A DNA stretch of 64,000 bases from Acetobacter sp. (GTDB taxonomy: Bacteria > Pseudomonadota > Alphaproteobacteria > Acetobacterales > Acetobacteraceae): assembly GCA_017413025.1 (NCBI GenBank), contig JAFPVE010000021.1, positions 77 through 64,076 of the forward strand, given 5' to 3'. The translations under genes and the position numbers were made by a program. The notes beneath the pieces are model-generated. The model made no database searches, was not told the DNA's origin, and saw only the letters and a program-made list of their open reading frames with translations. The stretch's first letter is position 1. Every line of letters starts with the position of its first letter. This document shows, piece by piece, positions 45,190-54,764 of the stretch.

Positions 45190-45804
45190 ATGGTCGAAAC
45201 GCTGATTGCGCCTTATACAAGTGAACGTTTTATTAAAAATAGTCGTTTTCTCGCTCATGCGATGCCTGTTAAAACCACAAAAGAAGCTAAAGATTTTATA
45301 AACTCTCTCTCGATAACCTATCCAGACGCTACCCACCATTGTTGGGCTTGGCAAATCGGACCGAGCTCCCGTTGTTACGATGCCGGAGAACCTTCCGGTA
45401 CAGCAGGTAAGCCCATTCTTCAAGCCATCATTTCTCAAAAACTAGACCACGTTGTTCTTATTATCTCCCGCTGGTTTGGTGGTATTAAACTTGGAGCAAG
45501 TGGACTTATCCGTGCTTACTCAGGAACAGCAACAGAGTGCTTACGTCACGCCCCTAAAGAATTACTGATAGAACGTATTCAACTCTCTTTTCACTGCCCA
45601 TTTTCTCTGATTAACCTTCTACAAGCTCGCCTACTAGAGTGGCATATCGAAAACACTCCTCCTGTGTTTGACGCACAAGGAGCCTTTTTCATTCTTAACT
45701 TACCTATAGAAAGACGCGAAGAAATTACACACCGAATTACAGACCTTACTCACGGAAAAAGTGTTATTAAAATTATCGCCCCTCATACACCTAATAAAAA
45801 TTAA
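45190..45804 (+). CDS. yigZ: IMPACT/YigZ family protein
   Basis: IKNSRF, DATHHCWAW, DAGEPSGTAGKP, RWFGGIKLGASGLIRAY. Confidence 0.9.
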   Translation: MVETLIAPYTSERFIKNSRFLAHAMPVKTTKEAKDFINSLSITYPDATHHCWAWQIGPSSRCYDAGEPSGTAGKPILQAIISQKLDHVVLIISRWFGGIKLGASGLIRAYSGTATECLRHAPKELLIERIQLSFHCPFSLINLLQARLLEWHIENTPPVFDAQGAFFILNLPIERREEITHRITDLTHGKSVIKIIAPHTPNKN

Positions 45805-46238
45805 AGAGAAGGTGCAGCAGGAATAATCCATCCATTGCCGGTAGAGCTCCCTAATCCGCCAGATCCAAAACTTCCCCATGTCCCGGAGCCAAAAGGGCTC
45901 GAGCTCTGATATGCAGAACCAAAACGCGACAAATCAGCCCCCGTTACAGGATCGCGGTGTACTTTAGCTAAATGATCCGGATCATCACCATACTGAAAGT
46001 CCATTGAAGGAGCATCTTGGTACCCTGGTGGTAAACTACGATGCCCGTGAACCACTTTCTTTTCTGTTGAAGATTGATCGGTGTTTGTTCCATCACCCTC
46101 GGCAAACGATACACCTTTACCTGGCACTAAGCCAGGAACTTCAATTGATCCTACAGCCGAAGCTGCTTTCGTAGACGAGATTGAACCTATCCATAGGCTC
46201 AATAAAGCAACGATAAAAAAATTATATTGTCGCATCAC
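45801..46238 (-). CDS. Hypothetical exported protein with Gly/Ser-rich C-terminus
   Basis: 145-aa ORF with signal peptide; stop overlaps the yigZ stop (TTAA). Confidence 0.65.
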   Translation of the reverse strand: MMRQYNFFIVALLSLWIGSISSTKAASAVGSIEVPGLVPGKGVSFAEGDGTNTDQSSTEKKVVHGHRSLPPGYQDAPSMDFQYGDDPDHLAKVHRDPVTGADLSRFGSAYQSSSPFGSGTWGSFGSGGLGSSTGNGWIIPAAPSL

Positions 46239-46401
46239 AATACCACCAACTCCTAAACGCGAAAAAACTACTTTTAATTATACATATAAAGTATACAACA
46301 CAACAAAACATTACTAATGTACTGTAAATTGACGATACCAGCCGATCAACGAGAAAATAAGCCTAATTTATGATCACACTTAAATTTATAATTATTTGTA
46401 A

Positions 46402-46791
46402 TTATTTCTTTTTAGCCGTTTCGTTATTCACAGGCTTTGCCGTGCTTGTCAGCACAGCAGCAATTGTATTACGTTGGACAAGAACACGAACATTCGGTGC
46501 AATCTCGACTTCTACTTCTGGTGCGTTTTCTTGAGTACGCTGTACGGTCCCGATAATTCCCCCTGCTGTAACAATACGATCTCCACGACGAAGGGCTTTA
46601 AGTTCTGCACGCAGTTGTTTATGGTGCAGTTGTTGAGGACGAATGAGTAAAAAATAAAAAATAGCAAAAATAATCAGTAAGGGTATGAGAGATATTATTT
46701 CTGCACTCTCACCCCCTCCACTTCTTGTCGATTGCGCATAAGCAGCTGGAATAATACTAGAAACTACAGGAGAAATAACCGAATAAAACAT
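46402..46791 (-). CDS. yajC: Preprotein translocase subunit YajC
   Basis: PLLIIFAIFYFLLIRPQQ, LRRGDRIVTAGGIIGTV, EIAPNVRV. Confidence 0.95.
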   Translation of the reverse strand: MFYSVISPVVSSIIPAAYAQSTRSGGGESAEIISLIPLLIIFAIFYFLLIRPQQLHHKQLRAELKALRRGDRIVTAGGIIGTVQRTQENAPEVEVEIAPNVRVLVQRNTIAAVLTSTAKPVNNETAKKK

Positions 46792-46992
46792 AATTCATAG
46801 TCAACTTTCATAATATTCATAATAAATGAGAAGTATTTTATAACACGAAGAACCTATAACAGAAAATCTAGAAAACTATCACAATTATGACTATAAGAAA
46901 CGATAACTTTCTTTATTTTTTTACTTCCAATCAAGCACTGATTTGTATACCATACATTTAGTTGTTCTGCGATTTAATTTTTTAAACGTCTT

Positions 46993-47358
46993 TTAAGATA
47001 AGAATAAACTTAATGGTCCTTTCCATAAAGAATAACATTCCTGTTTATACATCTCCCATCCATGGTAAGTGAATAAAGAGACTGTCGGATGATCCGTATA
47101 AAAGAAAAAGATAGGCATCCCTAATCCTACCACAAACATCCCTAGGATAGGAAGAAGAAATCCTGTATCAGCAAAAGGATAAACCATGAGAATACCTAAG
47201 AGCTTGTACCAAGGTAATACATCTCTGGTTTCTTTATACTGCTTGTATAAAGCTTTTACCTTTTCTTTGAAAGGAATATCCTCATTGAGAATATCATCAA
47301 GCTTACTCCAAGCTTCATTCATCTCTTGACGTTGTTGTTCATGATCAATTGTCATCAT
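46993..47358 (-). CDS. ORFan membrane protein (121 aa)
   Basis: AAGGAG SD before ATG; charged helical N-terminal half followed by a hydrophobic stretch; no recognised family. Confidence 0.6.
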   Translation of the reverse strand: MMTIDHEQQRQEMNEAWSKLDDILNEDIPFKEKVKALYKQYKETRDVLPWYKLLGILMVYPFADTGFLLPILGMFVVGLGMPIFFFYTDHPTVSLFTYHGWEMYKQECYSLWKGPLSLFLS

Positions 47359-47415
47359 TTTACTCCTTTTTAAAGACTAAAGAACTCCAGTTCTCCATAG
47401 AAGTAATATAGTGAT

Positions 47416-47449
47416 AAAAAAGGATGGGCTACAAGAGCCCATCCTTTTT
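47416..47449 (-). terminator. Intrinsic terminator between the two ORFans (possibly bidirectional)
   Basis: AAAAAGGATGGGCT-ACAAG-AGCCCATCCTTTTT, 14-bp perfect arms overlapping the stop of the 84-aa ORF. Confidence 0.8.
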
Positions 47450-47702
47450 ATGGAATATACAAAATGTTACTATTTCTTTTTGTCTTAGAAAGAAGATCGA
47501 CATAGACAGCACTCTTATCTTGTAATAATCCTTCCGCATCTACGATGCGTATCACGCGATAAGAGAATCTATTAATACAGTCTTTAGGTGGAGTGATATA
47601 CCATTCCTTTCCACTCAAAGAAGTAAAGAGATATTGTTGTCCATTAGGGTTACACACATATTTCGTACTTTCCTTAGTGAGTCTTTTACGTGTATATTGC
47701 AT
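47448..47702 (-). CDS. ORFan soluble protein (84 aa)
   Basis: AAGGA SD before ATG; stop immediately followed by a terminator. Confidence 0.5.
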   Translation of the reverse strand: MQYTRKRLTKESTKYVCNPNGQQYLFTSLSGKEWYITPPKDCINRFSYRVIRIVDAEGLLQDKSAVYVDLLSKTKRNSNILYIP

Positions 47703-47891
47703 TTTATATCTTTCCTTTTCAATATTTAACTAAAATACAAAGCGAGATATAAAAAACTCTTCATGAATGAGTGGAAAAGAGAACTCTATCCCTTTATTAT
47801 CACGTTTCTTCTCAAAACATTATTTATTTCCGGAAAACTCTTTTTACTCCTTCAGATTGATAAACCCTGAAAATTTATTAAGGTGTATTTC

Positions 47892-48794
47892 ATGAATACC
47901 ACGAACACTACTACAGAGTTACTTTCTTTCCAACATACACTTCAACGCATTGCAGAAGCTTTAGAACGTCTTTCCCCACCGCCACCAACATTGAGCAGTC
48001 TTTCCGAAGCGTTGACATTAGCTGATGCGTTAGTTTGGCACCCACGCCAAAAACGATTAGATCCCGTACCTCATGTCGCCCATATTTCGATTGATTTGCT
48101 TTGCGGTATTACTCACCAGCAACATATGTTACTCAACAATACCCGCCATTTTGCTCGAGGATTACCTGCAAACAACGCCATGCTCTGGGGTGCACGTGGC
48201 ATGGGAAAATCTTCCCTTGTTAAAGCTGTTCATGCCCATATTAATAAAGAAGAACGAGAACGTTACCCTGAATATTCCTCTATTGTTCTTGTAGAAATTC
48301 AACGAGATGATCTTTCAACTTTACCAAACCTATTAGCCTTACTTCGCCCATGCCCAAGGCGTTTCATTCTTTTTTGTGATGACCTTTCTTTTGAAAAAGA
48401 TGATTACGACTACAAAGCCCTAAAATCAGTTCTTGATGGAGGAATTACAGGACGCCCTGACAACGTTATTTTCTATGCTACCTCTAACCGTCGCCATCTT
48501 ATATCTCGTGAGATGATCGAAAATGAACAAACTACAGCCATTAACCCTTCTGAAGTAACAGAAGAAAAAGTCTCCCTATCAGATCGTTTTGGTCTATGGC
48601 TTGGGTTTTACCCGTGTGAATATGAAGTTTTCCTTCAAATAGTGCAAAACTACGCCCGAGATCGTAACTTACCTATTAGCGATTCTGATCTTATCACCCG
48701 TGCTCATGAGTGGGCTGTTAGTCGTGGAAGTCGATCTGGGAGAGTAGCCTTTCAATTTATTGAGGATTTACAGGCACAATTGACAAAAGCTTAA
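47892..48794 (+). CDS. DUF815 family AAA+ ATPase
   Basis: NNAMLWGARGMGKSS, FCDDLSFE, YKALKSVLDGG, YATSNRRHL, EEKVSLSDRFGL, RGSRSGRVA. Confidence 0.92.
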   Translation: MNTTNTTTELLSFQHTLQRIAEALERLSPPPPTLSSLSEALTLADALVWHPRQKRLDPVPHVAHISIDLLCGITHQQHMLLNNTRHFARGLPANNAMLWGARGMGKSSLVKAVHAHINKEERERYPEYSSIVLVEIQRDDLSTLPNLLALLRPCPRRFILFCDDLSFEKDDYDYKALKSVLDGGITGRPDNVIFYATSNRRHLISREMIENEQTTAINPSEVTEEKVSLSDRFGLWLGFYPCEYEVFLQIVQNYARDRNLPISDSDLITRAHEWAVSRGSRSGRVAFQFIEDLQAQLTKA

Positions 48795-49088
48795 GACATG
48801 CAACAATTACAACAATTAAATGTGTACCTTTTCATAAAAACATTTTAAAATAGTCCTTACGCTTTATATTAAAATATTGTCTACAAAGAGTTATTAAACA
48901 TATTATAAGTTTGTTCTTTAATGTATTAGTTACGCGTTTTCTAATAGTGTTAAGAAGTAACTCTAAATTTAAGGAGATCTTTTGCGAGATTGCATTTTCT
49001 GGGGTATTTCGTATACCGAATTTGTCTGTCCCTCATTGATCGCTCACAACCTAACTTAACTTTACGATACTAACAACATAATGGCTTA

Positions 49089-50150
49089 TTGACAATGTTA
49101 CACGCATCTCCTCAGATCGATTTACGCACGATCCGTTCGCATCCTGATTATTGGTACCCTGTTGCATGGTCACATGAACTTAGAGCTGGAAAAGTTATCG
49201 GTACACGTTATGCCGGAATCCCTGTTGCTTTGGCACGCCCTCAAAACGGTGGGCGTGTTTTTGCTTTAGAAGACCGTTGTGCTCATCGTCAAGTACCCCT
49301 CAGCCAAGGAATTCTTCAAGGAGATGCCGTAAGATGTTGTTATCATGGTTGGGCCTATGATCGTTTTGGACGTTGTCACAATATCCCTTATCTAGGTAAA
49401 TGCCATCATCACGTACGTGTTTTTCCATGCCGTGAACAAAATGGTATGATTTTTATCTTCCCGGGTGATGCGAGCAAAGCTGACGCAACACCTCTCTCTC
49501 CAGAATTAGCCCAAACAGCAAACCCTGCTTATAAAACTCGTTTTTTTGGCAGTACGATACGCTGTCATTACAGTTTTATGCATGAAAACCTTATGGATAT
49601 GAACCATCAATGCATGCATTTTAAGCAAGTAGGACAAATGAAACCACGATTCTTGGGGCAAAAACGTGAACCGGGTGTTGTTGAGGCTCGCTATAGTTTC
49701 GCGCGCATAGGTGGAAAACAACCTCTTGGTGAAGCAATTATTTTTGGAGAACGACGAGATACATCCGAACGGTTTCAGAACCGCGATATTATGACCATTC
49801 GCACAGAATACCCTTATCAAACCTTACGCATTCAAACAGGAGATAATTGCCTTGTCATGGATCTCTGGATTGCTTACGTGCCACAAAGTGCCGATGAGCT
49901 CACAAATCGCACTTTTGGACTACTTTCTATTAAACGCCCTAAAATCCCTTTTCTCCTCGATTTGGCGTGGCCTATTTTGATTGCCTTTACAAACCGTATT
50001 TTTGCAGAAGATTGTGAAATTGTAGAGCTTGAACAAAAAGCATGGCGAGATCTTGGGGGCGATCATAATGTGGAAATTTTCCCTGTTATCAACACTTTAA
50101 GGGATCTTCTTAGAGAGTGTGGCATTCCGCCAGACCATCATTATGCCTGA
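49089..50150 (+). CDS. Rieske non-heme iron oxygenase, catalytic subunit
   Basis: WYPVAWS; Rieske ligands CAH-x16-CCYHGW; mononuclear Fe motif ENLMDMNHQCMH; C-terminal FAEDCEIVE. Confidence 0.9.
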   Translation: MTMLHASPQIDLRTIRSHPDYWYPVAWSHELRAGKVIGTRYAGIPVALARPQNGGRVFALEDRCAHRQVPLSQGILQGDAVRCCYHGWAYDRFGRCHNIPYLGKCHHHVRVFPCREQNGMIFIFPGDASKADATPLSPELAQTANPAYKTRFFGSTIRCHYSFMHENLMDMNHQCMHFKQVGQMKPRFLGQKREPGVVEARYSFARIGGKQPLGEAIIFGERRDTSERFQNRDIMTIRTEYPYQTLRIQTGDNCLVMDLWIAYVPQSADELTNRTFGLLSIKRPKIPFLLDLAWPILIAFTNRIFAEDCEIVELEQKAWRDLGGDHNVEIFPVINTLRDLLRECGIPPDHHYA

Positions 50151-51144
50151 AGACACACATTCTCTTACTTTTGAGGTTCCTCCCTACCGCTTGCGTCCGC
50201 TTTCTCTTAATGATGCTGATGTTATGCATCGCCTTATCAATGATTGGGAAGTAGTGCGTATGCTCAGTCGCTTATCCTTCCCATACCCAAAAGAATTAGC
50301 AGACAAATGGATTACAGCGGCACAGGAAGAACAAGCTTCAGGTCGTAGCTATCATTTTGCGATTACACAAGCCCATGACGGAACGTTTATTGGATGTATT
50401 GGTGTACAAATTAAAACAGAATCTCATGGCACACGCGTTGGCTATTTAGGGTATTGGATCGGTCGCCCCTATTGGGGACATCGTGCCGCGCGTTTATCTG
50501 CAGAACGTATTACACGTTGGGCACTCGCGCATTTAGACATAACATGCCTACGTGCGCGAGCAGCGCAAGATAACACTGTTTCTCTGCATATTCTCGAGCG
50601 TATTGGGTTTCATCCCATTGGTACAGGAAGTCAGGTTTTTTTAGCTCGTAAAGCAGAAATCCCTGTGATCACATTTGAGATAACCCGTGCCGATCTCGAT
50701 CTTTCTCAAAATATCTCTCGCAATACACAATTAAAAACTCAATCACGACAATTAATACTTGTCGTTGCTGCTGCCCTTATTGATCGTCACAATCGTGTTT
50801 TACTTGCCCGTCGTCCAGAAGGAAAAACTATGGCTGGATTATGGGAATTTCCTGGTGGAAAAATAGAGCCCAGAGAAACACCAGAGCGTGCTCTTGCGCG
50901 TGAACTGCTTGAAGAACTCTCTATTGACATTTCTCACGCTTGTTTAGCCCCCTTTACATTCACTTCTTACCCTTACCCTGACTTTGACCTTCTTATGCCG
51001 CTTTACCTATGTCGCTATTGGAATGGTACCCCCACCCCCAGAGAAGGACAAAAACTTGCGTGGGTTGAAGCACATTCTTTACGTGATTACGCTATGCCAG
51101 AAGCTGATCTTCCCTTTATTCCTCTTCTCCAAGCCATTCTTTAA
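50143..51144 (+). CDS. GNAT (RimJ-like) acetyltransferase fused to a MutT-like Nudix hydrolase
   Basis: N-half LRPL...GYWIG.PYWG; C-half GLWEFPGGKIEPRETPERALARELLEEL; ATG overlaps the Rieske stop. Confidence 0.9.
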   Translation: MPEDTHSLTFEVPPYRLRPLSLNDADVMHRLINDWEVVRMLSRLSFPYPKELADKWITAAQEEQASGRSYHFAITQAHDGTFIGCIGVQIKTESHGTRVGYLGYWIGRPYWGHRAARLSAERITRWALAHLDITCLRARAAQDNTVSLHILERIGFHPIGTGSQVFLARKAEIPVITFEITRADLDLSQNISRNTQLKTQSRQLILVVAAALIDRHNRVLLARRPEGKTMAGLWEFPGGKIEPRETPERALARELLEELSIDISHACLAPFTFTSYPYPDFDLLMPLYLCRYWNGTPTPREGQKLAWVEAHSLRDYAMPEADLPFIPLLQAIL

Positions 51145-51331
51145 TTTCTTTTCTTAAAGAAACCTTATAAAAAAATATCTTTAACCTTATTCTATCATTT
51201 ATCTTCAATCTTCATCTTAACATGCCTTCTTCAAGCCAGTCATTTGACAAATATTAGAAAGAGTTTTATTTTTTACTCTTCTAGATAGTAGGATAAAATC
51301 TCTTGCAAAATAAAATCGGACACAACCTGCG

Positions 51332-52549
51332 ATGACTCATCAAAAATCTCTTTCCTCTCCCGATACGACAACATGGCACCAAGCGACTCGTCTTTTACAT
51401 GCGGAGGTTGAACGTACAACCCACCAAGAAACAAGCGAGCCTCTTTTTCTCACGTCAGGTTTTGTATATGAAAGTGCCGAGCAAGCGGCAGCGACATTCC
51501 GTAATGAAATTATACGTTATCAATATAGCCGTTTTGGTAACCCTACGATCGCTTCTTTAGAACGAAAACTTGCTGATTTAGAAGGTGCCGAAGCTTGTAT
51601 TGCCACTTCTACAGGCATGGGTGCTGTTTTTTGTGCTCTCTTTTCCCATGTTAAAGCCGGAGATAGAGTTGTCGCCTCGCGCGCACTTTTTGGGTCATGC
51701 CACTGGATTGTCGCTGAACTATTGCCACGTTATGGTATAGAGTCTGTTTTAGTTAATGGCACCAATCTCTCTGAATGGGAACGCGCGCTTGCTCAACCGA
51801 CAGCCGCTGTTTTGCTTGAAAGCCCCTCCAACCCTATGTTGGATATTCTCGATATTTCTGCCATTGCTTCACTAGCCCATCGTGCGGGTGCCCTTGTTAT
51901 GGTTGACAATGTCTTTGCCACGCCAATTTACCAAAAACCTTTAGAACTTGGGGCTGATGTTGTTATTTATTCCTGTACTAAACATATTGATGGTCAGGGT
52001 AGAGTTCTTGGTGGTGCTATTCTTGGATCTGCTGAATGGATTACCTCAACCCTACAACCTTTTACTCGTAATACAGGCAATACGATATCGCCTTTTAACG
52101 CATGGGTTATGATCAAAGGGTTAGAAACTCTTTCCCTACGGGTTGACGCTATGACACGTAACGCCGCAACTCTTGCCGATTACCTCGCAGAAGCTCAAGG
52201 TGTTTTAAGTGTACGTTACCCGGGTCGTGCCGATCATCCACAGCATGCACTTGCTATGCGCCAAATGAGCGGTTATAGTACACTTTTAGCCTTTGAAGTA
52301 CACAGCGGACAAAAAGGCGCTTTTGCTTTTATGAACGCGCTTAAGCTGATTGCGATTTCAAACAACCTTGGCGACGCTCGCTCGCTCGTCACCCATCCTG
52401 CGACAACAACACATGCTAAAATTAGCGATCAGGAACGGGCAGATCTTGGCATTACAGAGGGTACAATCCGTTTTTCTGTCGGTCTTGAAGATTATCACGA
52501 TCTTATCACCGATCTTAATCGTGGTCTTGAAGCCCTCTCGCTTACATAA
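51332..52549 (+). CDS. metZ: O-succinylhomoserine sulfhydrylase
   Basis: YSRFGNPT, ESPSNP, VDNVFATP, YSCTKHIDG (PLP Lys), SNNLGD, RFSVGLE. Confidence 0.9.
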   Translation: MTHQKSLSSPDTTTWHQATRLLHAEVERTTHQETSEPLFLTSGFVYESAEQAAATFRNEIIRYQYSRFGNPTIASLERKLADLEGAEACIATSTGMGAVFCALFSHVKAGDRVVASRALFGSCHWIVAELLPRYGIESVLVNGTNLSEWERALAQPTAAVLLESPSNPMLDILDISAIASLAHRAGALVMVDNVFATPIYQKPLELGADVVIYSCTKHIDGQGRVLGGAILGSAEWITSTLQPFTRNTGNTISPFNAWVMIKGLETLSLRVDAMTRNAATLADYLAEAQGVLSVRYPGRADHPQHALAMRQMSGYSTLLAFEVHSGQKGAFAFMNALKLIAISNNLGDARSLVTHPATTTHAKISDQERADLGITEGTIRFSVGLEDYHDLITDLNRGLEALSLT

Positions 52550-52596
52550 TTTTCGTATATCAACACAATAACACTTAATAACAGGCTATTTATTAT

Positions 52597-53199
52597 ATGA
52601 CATCCTCTTTTCAAAATCGCCCTACCCGAGCAGAGGCAGAAGAAGCTGTTCGTACTCTTCTGCGTTGGGCTGGTGATGACCCTCACCGTGAAGGACTGCA
52701 AGAAACCCCTTCACGCGTTGTCAGGGCTTATACAGATTTTTTTTCAGGCTATACCCATAACCCTGATTCTTTACTCAGTCGAACTTTCTCAGAAGTAGAC
52801 GGGTATCATGACATTGTCCTTTTACGTGATATCCGCTTTGAAAGCCATTGTGAGCACCATCTCGCGCCTATTATCGGTCGTGCCCATATCGCCTATTTAC
52901 CTCATCAGCGCGTTGTTGGCATTTCTAAACTTGCCCGTGTGCTCGATGCCTATGCGCGCCGTCTTCAAATTCAAGAACGTTTAACAGCACAAATTGCCAA
53001 CACGATTAACGCCGTCCTCAAACCTCATGGTGTTGCGGTTATTATTGAAGCCACCCACCAATGTATGACAACGCGTGGTGTTCATAAACACAATGTCTCA
53101 ATGGTAACACGTAGCTTATTAGGCGTATTTGAAACAAATACAGACAAGCGGCAAGAACTCATGACCCTTATAAACCGCCCTTCATTTACGGAATCATGA
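52597..53199 (+). CDS. folE: GTP cyclohydrolase I
   Basis: [44 protein letters not shown]. Confidence 0.96.
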   Translation: MTSSFQNRPTRAEAEEAVRTLLRWAGDDPHREGLQETPSRVVRAYTDFFSGYTHNPDSLLSRTFSEVDGYHDIVLLRDIRFESHCEHHLAPIIGRAHIAYLPHQRVVGISKLARVLDAYARRLQIQERLTAQIANTINAVLKPHGVAVIIEATHQCMTTRGVHKHNVSMVTRSLLGVFETNTDKRQELMTLINRPSFTES

Positions 53200-54002
53200 A
53201 GAGAATTGTAAAGTATGTACAATGCCTCCTTTTATGGAGTTTTAGCTTTTTTACCCTCGTGCATGCGACATCTCATTTAGCCTATGCCGATACCAAAGCA
53301 AAGACAGAAAAAGGAAAGAGCCTTGTTATCAATATCTCATGCCTTCATCGTTTATCTATAGGTACACGCTCTACGTTAGAGGGACGCATTCAAATTATAA
53401 GCCCGTTGCCCAAAGGTTTACAGGTTTCAACAGATGCCAAAGGCACTCTCCACCTCAACCGCACGACCTGTCCCGCTGGCGAACATAGTATAAGCAATGG
53501 TATAGGCAATGAAGATTTAGCTCTTATGACAGCCCCACATATGCCTATTTTTGTGCAAAACGCCGGCAATGCCTCCATAACTATTGACCCTCATTTAGAG
53601 GCCCCTGTTGCTGTTCACGTTGGTAATGGGGCAGCCTTACTCGGCGATGCTGAAGAACTTGATATTTTTTCTAACGCCTCTGGTCCGATTACTCTCCCTT
53701 TACTGACCACTTCTGCGCGTATTCGTTCGATCGGGTCTGCCGTTATTACGATTCAAAATATCAAAGCCAAAGCACTTTTTCTTATTTTAGGCGGAAGTTC
53801 CCGCTTTATTGCCAAAACAGGAAAAATCAAAGCGTTAGAAATCATCTCAAAAAGTTCTGGCAATGCCGTTTTCCATGGTCAAAGCGGTGTGACAGCCCTC
53901 CACGTTTTAAGCACAGGCAATATTACGGTTGATCGTGTTCGCGGAAGCCTTGCCACAGAACGTGATGGACCGGGTAAAATTTTTTATACGTCCGTACCAT
54001 AG
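53196..54002 (+). CDS. Hypothetical exported protein, possibly GIN/DUF2807-like beta-rich
   Basis: ATGA overlap with folE; signal peptide; repeated GSA/GSS/GNA/GNI-x-x-I/V beta-type motifs. Confidence 0.6.
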   Translation: MKRIVKYVQCLLLWSFSFFTLVHATSHLAYADTKAKTEKGKSLVINISCLHRLSIGTRSTLEGRIQIISPLPKGLQVSTDAKGTLHLNRTTCPAGEHSISNGIGNEDLALMTAPHMPIFVQNAGNASITIDPHLEAPVAVHVGNGAALLGDAEELDIFSNASGPITLPLLTTSARIRSIGSAVITIQNIKAKALFLILGGSSRFIAKTGKIKALEIISKSSGNAVFHGQSGVTALHVLSTGNITVDRVRGSLATERDGPGKIFYTSVP

Positions 54003-54126
54003 TTTTGTTATTCTGCCCCCTGACAAACACGTTATAAAATCAGTGCACTATTAGAACATAAGGAAAAAATAATAGCCATGAGAGAAGAAAAAAGCCTCAA
54101 TATACGCAAAAAAAGTAAAAGCTTGC

Positions 54127-54510
54127 ATGGTAGCATTAAGTTTGTGCAGTGTTGTTCCGTTATTATTTTTAATAACAGAAACTTATTCTCACGCAAAGCA
54201 AAAGCAAGAGGCAATGGCTTTGAAGGGTGTTGAACTCGGCAATTTACATGATGACGAAAAAGCTCGCGCTGCCTATAACGAACTCATCACACTCTTTGGC
54301 TGCTCGAAAGACCCAAAAATACAACAACTAGTGGCACATGCTTCACACAAGAAACGCCTCTCATTTGTTGGAAGTTATGTCTTTCCTATTCTCCAACAAA
54401 TTCTCTCATTTATTCTCTCATCTATTCCAATTGATTTGGTGGCAATTGTAACGTTTGTAGTTGGGGGGTGGAGGTGGCTAATAAAGCGGAAACAAGATCA
54501 CAAGACTTAA
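54127..54510 (+). CDS. Hypothetical small membrane protein
   Basis: C-terminal TM followed by a basic tail; start either 54127 (signal-like) or 54214 (GAGG SD). Confidence 0.5.
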   Translation: MVALSLCSVVPLLFLITETYSHAKQKQEAMALKGVELGNLHDDEKARAAYNELITLFGCSKDPKIQQLVAHASHKKRLSFVGSYVFPILQQILSFILSSIPIDLVAIVTFVVGGWRWLIKRKQDHKT

Positions 54511-54764
54511 CCTTACAACAAATAGTGGCAAAAGCACGGCATAACCTTTCCCTTTAGTTCTGTCGCCCATAGAAAGACACATAGCCATCCCTCCCTTTTT
54601 GCTCTCTTTGTTTTTTTACCCTTGTGTTTTTCTTGAGTCAAAAAAGCTTTTAAGCAACTTTTCAGGAGGGAGACAGCTTTTTGAAAGCGTTTTCCCCGCG
54701 TTACTCTCCTTGTTTATACAAATAAACATGAAAATAAAAACGCCCCTTATACGTGTTGTCTCTG

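Noticed and set aside
51145-51331. SAM riboswitch upstream of metZ
   Set aside because: No SAM-II/SAM-alpha or SAM-SAH consensus recognisable in this AT-rich gap.
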